The notes under the pieces were generated by a model. It had not been told where the DNA came from, did no database searches, and worked only from the letters and a program-made list of their open reading frames with translations. This document shows, one piece after another, positions 55,154-64,000 of a stretch of 64,000 nt of DNA. Numbering within the stretch: position 1 is the stretch's first letter; each line of letters starts with the position of its first letter. The stretch is from Klebsormidium nitens (lineage: Eukaryota > Plantae > Klebsormidiophyceae): the NCBI GenBank assembly GCA_000708835.1, contig DF237262.1, positions 1 through 64,000 on the forward strand, written 5' to 3'. The position numbers and the translations under genes were made by a program.

Positions 55154-58100
55154 CTGCAGCAGGAAAAAGTTGCATCTCACAACAGCAGCCAAACTGAAAT
55201 CCATCTGCACCCTTCGATGCTCTTCTTCATGGTAAATTGAAATGCTTCAAGTATCACATAGCAGATTCTTCGCACTTTTGCCGTCAGCATGCTTCTGTAC
55301 AGCTTGAAGTAGCAAAACTGCTTTTGCACTCTGCTTCAACAAGACGAACTCCGCTAAGAACTGGCACTTCCATGCGATATCAGTCTGAGAAGCAAGCTTT
55401 CGATGCAGAACAGCAGGCAGACAAGATTATGCACAGATTGTGCAAGTGCTTTGCTATGAAGGAAATGCCGTAGAGCTTTTGGAGCATTCCTTCCCAGCAC
55501 AATTTCGCAGCAAAATGAACAAGGGCCCTTCTCAAAACCAAGCTTCTCCAAGCCAAAACTTCTCATCAAAAACGCGTTGACCACGATGTGCAATCAAAGC
55601 TTGAACCAGTGCTGACTGGTTAGCTCAAATGCTCAAGAGTAGCAATGGGCACTGGGACCGCACTCCCTTGCTGGGACCACTGCACCACTTCATGGTTACT
55701 TTCATGGAGGATCGGCCCAAAACCGTAAGTCCAGCACTCTATGCTGAAGAACTGCATCTCACCTGCGCAATGACGTCACCGAGCAACCTCAGTTTCTGCG
55801 GCGTGAAGATTGGATTTAATCGGCAAAGTGGACCCAAGGAGTTCCCACCAAGCGGAGCAGTGCGTTTGCTCAAACCTGTCATGCAACAAGCAAGCGGTGC
55901 CCAGGGAGCGCTGCTCTCCTAAATTACGGGGTTGACCACTCCAGTTTAGGACGCGACACGAAAGACCTAGTTTGCAGTCACTACCCTTGCACCTGCTGCT
56001 CTGACAAGCCTGCTTGCAGCTCAGATGATGAGTCGTCTGCTGCAGACGGCTCTATATGATCTGCACAATGTAAGCGTCTGACGCAACCTATCCAACCACT
56101 TAGCATCCAACTTCACAGTGAGACCCGGATGATTCTTCTGCCAAACACAGAGCCCGCGTTCTGCAAAGCACCATAAACAAGTGTAGTCAGGATGCTGACG
56201 AAAGAAGCCTACACAGAGTTGGATGGATTGGAGTTGAAAGAGCTGAGCACTTCCAACCACAATACTGGCAGCAGGCTCTGGACAAACATCTGAACCCGAT
56301 TGCCTACTGTAGGCACCGAAAGTTGCTGATCTAACCGCATTTGCAAGACAACCCTTGCTGACCTGATCTGTCGACGATAGATACACCTGTTGTATGCATC
56401 GTCGTAGTAGAAGAGTTGCTTTTCTTGCTTTACCATTCTCAGGCACATCAAGAGACAAGATAATCTTGCTCCAAAGTGTTCAAACAATACCTGCTCATCT
56501 GAACAATAGTCGAGCTTCTCATATTGCATGCTATGCAGTTAAAATACCATGCATGACTTTTGTTTGCAACATAAGGCAGAAGCTACTGGAACATCCCAAT
56601 ACCGAACATCAGTCGCATGGCAAGCTGCAGAGATACATAAGCCCTTCGTAATCCAAAAACGTCCTTGGTACAAATAGATAGGAGGACCAACAAACGGCAA
56701 GAACGGATTTGGTAACTGGACCGTCAACATGGTCTCGAGACCGCAAAACTAGGCATCATGCGCTGCGGAGGGTTTCTCTAGAAGACACCTCACCTGTGCT
56801 AGAGTCTTCAACAAAGCTCTCCACAAATGCCAAAGCCAAACAAATACGTGAGCTTTCGGATGATGCAGCACGTACTCCGGCACGACCCTGATGGAAACGG
56901 CAGCAGTGCTCGGCCCAGGGCTCCCTTACTGATCGCCACTACTCCTTCCAGCGCTTGTCCCCATCTTCATCTGAGTGGTCCAGTCATGTTGCAATCATAA
57001 TTCGCAGTCTACGGTGGACTCCGCTCTCTATGAAGACATGTTTCCAGACTCTACACCGTTGCAGAGGTGCGCCCTGTCCACGTTTTGCTGTTGGAATCAG
57101 GAAACCGCTTACCGGTCGTTCCTCCGAGCGAACTCCAGCACTTATGCGTGCCACCCCGGGCCCCCTTCCGAGACTCACGGAATATCCAGCTGTTTTGTCA
57201 ACCGGGCACGAAGGCCGACACGCAGAGACGCCAGATTTTGGCGAGTAAAATATTTATTGTGCTAGCTTTCGAAAGCACGCTTATATTCAGACATTTTCTA
57301 AAATAAATATCGGCAATTCCAACGTCCAACTATTCATTCCGACAGATACCAAAAGTTCAAACCCCGCATATCATGTTGAGAAATGAGACTCACACGGTGT
57401 CACACCTTACTAGATCCAAAGAAAACACCTAACATTGGAATTTGGCCCTGTTAAATTTGATGTCTGGACTCGGGTGTCAAATGCGATGCCAGGTTGCATC
57501 CCGGCGAAACTGTGTGGCGTCATGTCTACCGTAGCACTCGGGAAACATCCCGTATCAGCTCCAATGACCAATGTGCAGGTACCGGTAGGTACGCGGTGAA
57601 TGCTGCACGCAGGTTCGTACGTGTCGATCAGTGCTTTTATCCTCGGTACCTACCGATGCTACCCCGGTGAGTCGTGACTGTATAACAGAGTCTTGTACCG
57701 GTACACGATCAGGAGGTGTATGATACCTAGTCGAGACTCGCGGGGCCTGGGCAGCCGCAGCCCCGTCGGTACATGACTCTGAATTGATTTGCTCAAACCG
57801 TCTTGTTCTTAGGGTACCGTACACGGTCCGTTGTCAATGTACGTAACCCCTGATACCTACGCCGACGGTACTGTCACTGGTCAGTGGTGTGGACCTCAAT
57901 ATCAAGCGTACAATGTTCGGTATTGGATCTGCAGTCTGTACATCTGCAACCCCGGCGACTTTGTAACGAAGGCCGACGATTTCGGTAAAATTCTGGTGCT
58001 TCTGGCGTTCGTCAATTTAATGCCGCGCCCGACCGTGCATGCACTCTATCTAGGGGTATCCTGACACTGTGGTCGATGCCCGGGGCTAAGATTCCATCCA

Positions 58101-61100
58101 CCCAGGTCGCACAAAACATCATCGTATGCATTATGCGAGTCCCATGCGAAAGCATTGGCGAACCGAGTTCGAACCAGCAAGTTCAGACTCGCAATGACTA
58201 TCTTCGTTGCAAACCGCCGTTCTGCCATGGCGCAAAAATATCACCGGTTTCAACCGTCGGCCCGGGATATCATATTGTAGCTCCCGGGGAAGTGCCGCGA
58301 GCGCCGGCGGAATATTGCAAGAGGGTGCAATATAGAGTAATAATTGTACGGCTTTTGTGACGCGTCCCAAGAATTCAAACGTGGAGGGCGAGATCTGATT
58401 GGATCGAGCAAGATTCCCATGAATTTCATTGGCTGAGAATTCCTCGGGGTAAGGAAACTGAAATGCGTCTGCGTCGCTTGCTGTGAAGGGGCAGATCGAT
58501 CTCCGGACAGGGTACCGGCTTATGATGATCTGATTGTCGCCTCCGTCATGAGTCATAGTAGCCTGGTAGCCTGCGTACCACGGCAGAAATTTACGCTGAG
58601 ACCCTGAATCATGGCTAACCACTGGCTAACCACTGTGCAGTGCACGGACTTGGAGCTTGCGTTCCAGCTACAGCAATTTTCTTAGGGAGCTGCAATCACT
58701 GACATTTGCCTCTCAGCTATGGTCGATGGCAAAATCAGGTATTGCGGAAGTCGTTGCCCTTCTCTAAACCTTCCACTGCAGCTAGCAGCTGTTGGTAAAC
58801 TCGTGTGCACCATTATCGAATTAAATCTGCGGCCCTCTGACTGCAACTTCAATAGCAGCTGCCTCGTCATGTGTATCACGCATGCCTACTATGAGCCAAA
58901 TGACTGTCCTTGACTTCCTTTGTGAGCTGTTCGTAGCGCCGGGCTTCTGGCCTTCAAAGCACGCGCAAAACGGGCACTGACTCAGACTTACGGTTTCGTT
59001 AGCTGAATGCTTGCAACCAAGCTCCTTTCACCAACGCTCTTTCAGACATTCTTTGCATGGCACGAAAGACCCTGCTAACCAATGTCACACCAGCAGGGAT
59101 AATGCAGCCAAAAGCATGCTTATATCATGACGTATTCAATCGTTGCATATGCGCGCATGGAGCTGTTTCTGAGGTAGGCATGCGAAGATCGGGGTCCGGA
59201 CTCCCAGCAAGTCCCAATGTACTCGGCCTAAGCTGAAGATCACTGTTGATACCGCTGTACCAGCTCAATGTGATGACGTATGTTGCAGCTAGCGAGCTGG
59301 TTGCAGCACATAGTCAGAGCAACGTTGATCTCTGTCTGCAGCTAGCTCTGGGCAGCTTGCTGCAGGCAGCAGGACAGTCTGCTCAATCTGCAGCTCTGCT
59401 CAAGGGATATTGTACAATTCAAGACTCGACGAATGTCGTTGCAATGGACAACCTTGAGACTCTACTGAGACCCTGCAGGGGATCCTGCCTTACTGCCTGC
59501 AGTCCCCATGCATATGGAAATGGCCAGCTTCATTCATGAGTCTGAATAGGTGCAACTGCTATATCCTCAGCATTTGGAGCCTAGTCATAAAACTATTAGG
59601 TAGTGTATATCAGTGTGTGATAGTACATATTCAGTGCGCAAGTGCAAGTCCCCAACGATGAATGGGGCACTTGCCAGCTTCAAATGCGGCCTTCAGAGCT
59701 GCTGTCGCTGGTCTCTTTCCTCACCTGGCAGGGTCATGCCTCAAATATAGGGTTACGAGTCTTGTTCCATACAGATCAAACCGCAAGTGAATCCTAGCTG
59801 ATCATAGACCTAGCTATTTTTGTCCAGGACAGCGGGAGCAGTGGAACAAGCTGGGAGTACCAGTAGAAGATTCACAACCACTTCCATCAATGCAGCTCGT
59901 CTTCAAGCTCTGCGAATGCATAGACCGATCATGACGTGCCATTTGTTGCAAGCACTGGCGTTGGTAGTGGAAAATTAAAGGTACCTGGTATATCCGGACT
60001 CAATACATGAGCTGGTTCTGTGACAATCTCTGGCCTCTAGATGCACAGGAGTCTATGTAGTTAGTGTGGGCTGCCAGCTGCATTTAGAGTACTAGTTTTG
60101 TAACAGGCTGCATGGAACAAAACACATGCATCAATGCAATGACGTACATCGACTTAGCAATCAACAGAGGACAGCTTGATCAGGTCAGCAACCGCTTCAG
60201 GCAGCTCAGGCCACTCCGACTTGAGCTGTATATCTTTAGGGTTTGGTTCTGCTTTCACCGTTCGGTTCTGACGTCACTCCTTCATCGGGTCTAAGAAGAA
60301 AGCCGGGCCATTGTTGATGACCCCCCCTGTTCTGGCGCTTGCGTGACGTTGATTAGCTAGTGTGGCACGCTGACCGGCGAGCAAATAAAGCCAGAATATG
60401 CTACCTCAATGAACATCGGCATCCAACAATCTGCCACGTTGGTGCTGCACTGGTTGAATCTGCAGAGAGGTAGCTAGCGCTGATCTTCTTGTAGCCTTCC
60501 TCTTCCAACGAGCCTAGCTAAATTGCCCACCTCTCAATTCAAAACTGGTAGCTGCTTCAAGACCTTATACCTGTTTCCCGGACATGAGTCAGTGATGTTG
60601 CTGAGAAAGGGCTGTCTAGACAATCGTGACAAGAGCATCCCCAACACATCACGTGCAGGTAGTCTGTCGAACGTCTGATCATTAATCGAAGATCATTACA
60701 TGCTTGGCGCTGCAGAACAGGTGTCAACGAGTTAGGAAGGGTTGGGTCCATAGTAAGTTTCAATGGGGCGCCCTACTTAGGGCGCCCAAAAGACGTGTGA
60801 GGTTGCTAGGGGATCTGGGCGGGTACTAGAATTGGGCGAAGCGTGCGAACTTTAGCTGGCTTATAGCTGGGTTCTGGTCCTTAGTTGAGTCTTACTTTTC
60901 CGTATCAACCTTCCTCGTCAAAGGACCTATTCATCAGTTACTTGGATCATCGTTTCCATTCTGCGACAAAGCATGCGATCCATGATCAAAGTTCGACAGG
61001 TCTTCAACCCTGCGATGGGCTGGGACTTCAACTCGGGCCGGTTGCTTGCGAAACAATGTTTGCCAACATGTCGTGTTCAAGGATGGAGTCTTATCGAGGT

Positions 61101-63150
61101 ACTAACCCTCAATCAAGGCAAAGATGGATTCGAAAGCTGCGTCAAGGAGTGGCCGGAGCAAGGAAGGAGGTCCAGCTTCATGTAGATTGAATATCAATGG
61201 CAGACGTAAATACGGCTGTACTGCTAGCTGTTGGCCTGATCGCTGCTGAGCCTCGGACTAATATTGCGTTCGCTTGATCGTCAATCAGATGATTCGCTTC
61301 TGCATTGGTCGAACCATCGATCAGAGTATATATGTAGATCAGACTCCCCGTGGATTGATGGTACCGGTAGGATCGCCATCAGCAGTATTCACCAGTAAAT
61401 GGCATTGACCTGGGATCGCGCTTGCGCAGAATTGCCTTGCGGCTTTAGCGATAACCTGAGTTCGGATGTGCTCGCCCAGCACTTTCAATCTCTTTTCTGA
61501 CCAAGGTTCTTGTTGCATTCGCCATCAGAGGTTACAAACAAAGTACTCCGAGGTTCAAAAGGCTCTTCGTAGTGCGACAGAACAGGCTGGTGTTGAGGAA
61601 TGTCAACACGGTGTGCATTCAACCTCGTTTGGCGAGGCATTGGAAAAACCAAAACCTCTAAGCTGTTGGGTACGTTTGACTGTGAAGGACCTTCCTACTC
61701 AAGAATTGCTTATGACCTCTCTGCCTCAGGATGTCAACCAGATAGTGCCCACAGACAGTTGTATCTGGAGACAAATTGCAGTACCGGATCTGTGTCTCAG
61801 TGAAAAGAATGAGGTGACGAGCAGCTAGGCTGCCATTTGATCTGGCGTCCCTTCAGGTAAAAGTCCTGATCGCTTCTTCTGGTATATCACTCCAAAAACA
61901 GTCGATAATTTGACTCAGCATAGCCGGGGTATTATCAACCCATCAATTAATGGTCGTCAGAAAGCCCCTTCGAAAATGTTGCTCAATTTCTAGCTCTCTC
62001 GTTCAGACCTACTCGAGCAAACAGGGAACCATCTGCGTCAGGAGAATACCGCTTCGCCTGAAGAAGCTAGAGACCCACGAAGGCGCTAATCAGATGATCA
62101 CATACTGAAGAAACACTACCCGCCAGAATCAACTGTCACGAGCTGACTGTGACGAGGCTAGTCCTCCAAAGCAAGATACACTGCGTATCTGCACACGTGG
62201 CGAAGTTCATGAAGCAAGCCCACTTGCCGTCTCCATTGCTTAGAAGGAAGCCTGGGCTCTGTCCATGCAAAATGGACGGTTGACGCGACCGAAAGCGATC
62301 TGCTGCCGCCTTGTGACCGTTTAGTCAAAAGAGCCTCCGCAGGGGTCCAGAATGTGCAATAGAAAGCCGCGTCTCCCGTTTCTCATGCACGGATTGACCA
62401 GTGTGCTCGACTTTTACTAGCTGGGCAACATTCACTCTAGCGGCGGCCCCATTGCATGATCGATAGGGTTGTGACTACAGAACTTAAGTTAGAGATATCG
62501 AGCCAGCTAGCATTATCACATTTGCCCTTTCAGACACGTATACTAGGTACGTGCGTCAGCACGCGTACACGCCTCGCGCAATATCGTCTGCGCGTGGAGC
62601 TCAGCATGGATCAAGTCTGAATCTTCAAGCCGGCCGCCGTAAAACGGCCCTCGCAACGTACAGCTAGCTACACGTCCATGCTCAAACAGTCATGGTCAGG
62701 CAGCGCTACATCTAACTTAACTACATGGACTGCAAGCTGAGGCGCCATGTGCGCCGGCACAAACTTGTCGATCCGGGATCATGATCGCCGCGCAGGCCCA
62801 TGTGACGCCAATTTTGAAGTCAAAGCTTAAGCAAGATGTAGGAATGTATAAAAAGAGTGAAGATATTCTCGATGAATTGTTGCACCTCCCAGCTAGCTTA
62901 CAAAAAGTGCGTCGCGTTCATGCTGGCCTTCCTTAAGAACTACAGCCAGGTTGACATTAGGAAGCTGAATTGTAACACTTACACGCTGGGGTAATAATAT
63001 GGTACTAGCCAAGCGCGGCTCATCAAACTCCAGCATATTAGCAGGTTCTAACTCGCTCGTTGTTTACAAAGTCGAACCTAGTCTCGCATGGCGCCTGGCA
63101 ACACCGTTTCAAGTGTATGGTACAGCATACTGTGCTATCAGCCAAGCAAC

Positions 63151-63300
63151 TCAGCTGCTCTCTTTGAAGAGCTCCCTCCCTATGAGCATGCGCCGGATCT
63201 CGCTCGTGCCAGCCCCGATCTCGTATAGCTTGGCGTCCCGCAAAAGGCGCCCGGTGGGATACTCGTTCACGTAGCCATTTCCGCCGAGGGCCTGAATGGC
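63151..63300 (-). CDS. IVD: Isovaleryl-CoA dehydrogenase, last exon (the rest of the gene lies beyond the window)
   Basis: ctccattgcag|GCC acceptor; [49 protein letters not shown] is the characteristic IVD C-terminus. Confidence 0.93.
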   Translation of the reverse strand, partial: AIQALGGNGYVNEYPTGRLLRDAKLYEIGAGTSEIRRMLIGRELFKESS

Positions 63301-63417
63301 CTGCAATGGAGATTTGAAGGTACAGTCAGATGAAGCGTCAACGAATATCCCTGCTTGAACACTGAACATAGACAGTTACCAGACGTATGGCATTGTCTTC
63401 ATCCTTGCAGGAGGAAG

Positions 63418-63590
63418 GATGGCAGAGCAAAACCATACTGATGGCAGAGCGGAATGATACTGATGGCAGAGCGGAACGATACTGATGGCAGAGCGGAATG
63501 ATACTGAGGGCAGAGCGGAATGATACTGGTGGCAGAGCGGAACGATACTGATGGCAGAGCGGAACGATACTGACGGCAGAGCGGACCGAC
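63418..63590. repeat. 22-bp minisatellite, ~8 copies, in an IVD intron
   Basis: gatggcagagcggaa[t/c]gatact repeated head-to-tail with no spacers. Confidence 0.95.
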
Positions 63591-64000
63591 AACCCCTTTG
63601 AATTCCATCTGACCTACATGAAAGTGCTCTTTGAGTGCTCGAAGAGCGGCTGGACGAAATGGAATACGAAGCTCGCTTCTCAAGAGCAAAGCGGGACACG
63701 AAAGGCTGCTTCCGAGCTGTTCGTATCGCAATCTGTCGATTGGCACGATCAGGGCGCAGACCGATTTCCAGTCGTCTCCTTCTCAGACGGTCATTTGGAC
63801 ATTTCTGAGCAGAGGCTGTATCAGAATCCTTTCTTACAATAAGCCCGTCGGTTTTGTGGAAACGGCAATTTGAAGGAGGGATATCTGCGTTGATAGAACG
63901 AACTCCCCGGGGTTGAGAGCTGAACGTGAGCACGCAATCCAAGGAGCGGGTCTCCATATGAGATGCCTACGATTAAGTAAAAGAACGAGAGGACCATCTT

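Noticed and set aside
63418-63590. Regular repeats suggesting a CRISPR array
   Set aside because: Units are head-to-tail with no unique spacers, in a eukaryotic intron, with no cas genes.
1-64000. Prokaryotic operon, prophage or defence system; tRNA/rRNA genes
   Set aside because: Genes have spliceosomal introns throughout and belong to eukaryotic families. No RBS/operon layout, cloverleaf or rRNA signature was recognised by eye (tRNAscan/Infernal not run).

Overview
Eukaryotic, intron-rich, GC-rich nuclear DNA. It most plausibly comes from a streptophyte (charophyte) alga such as Klebsormidium. This is an inference: plant-type families (mTERF, QALGGH zinc fingers, a plant-type membrane protein) sit beside genes land plants are generally reported to lack (kinesin-3, a probable ciliary EF-hand protein), and CCCTAAAA telomere-like units occur in introns. 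I reconstructed eight spliced or single-exon genes by hand from GT-AG sites and phase continuity: (1) a 3-exon two-transmembrane protein with DEG/ENaC/ASIC-like motif spacing (490-2458, -); (2) a kinesin-3 with an FHA domain, a ~130-aa motor-loop insertion and an array of TET motifs (4346-12454, -); (3) a multi-EF-hand protein with DIxGA/NPLxPxY repeats (17593-27664, -); (4) a WW-WW-MYND protein (28945-32706, +); (5) an mTERF (33420-40624, -); (6) a plant-type multi-pass membrane protein (41211-41936, +); (7) a ~2500-aa protein with AT-hooks and four QALGGH-type C2H2 fingers plus L-box-like and EAR-like motifs (43364-55153, -); (8) the last exon of isovaleryl-CoA dehydrogenase (63151-63300, -). 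The most striking non-genic pattern is 'exon echoes': more than ten decayed copies of exon ends, splice site included, in the neighbouring intron or 3' flank of four genes. Two of them are inverted and complementary to a real 3' splice site. No rRNA, tRNA or CRISPR array was seen. All gene models are manual and lack transcript support, and several 5' ends are uncertain.
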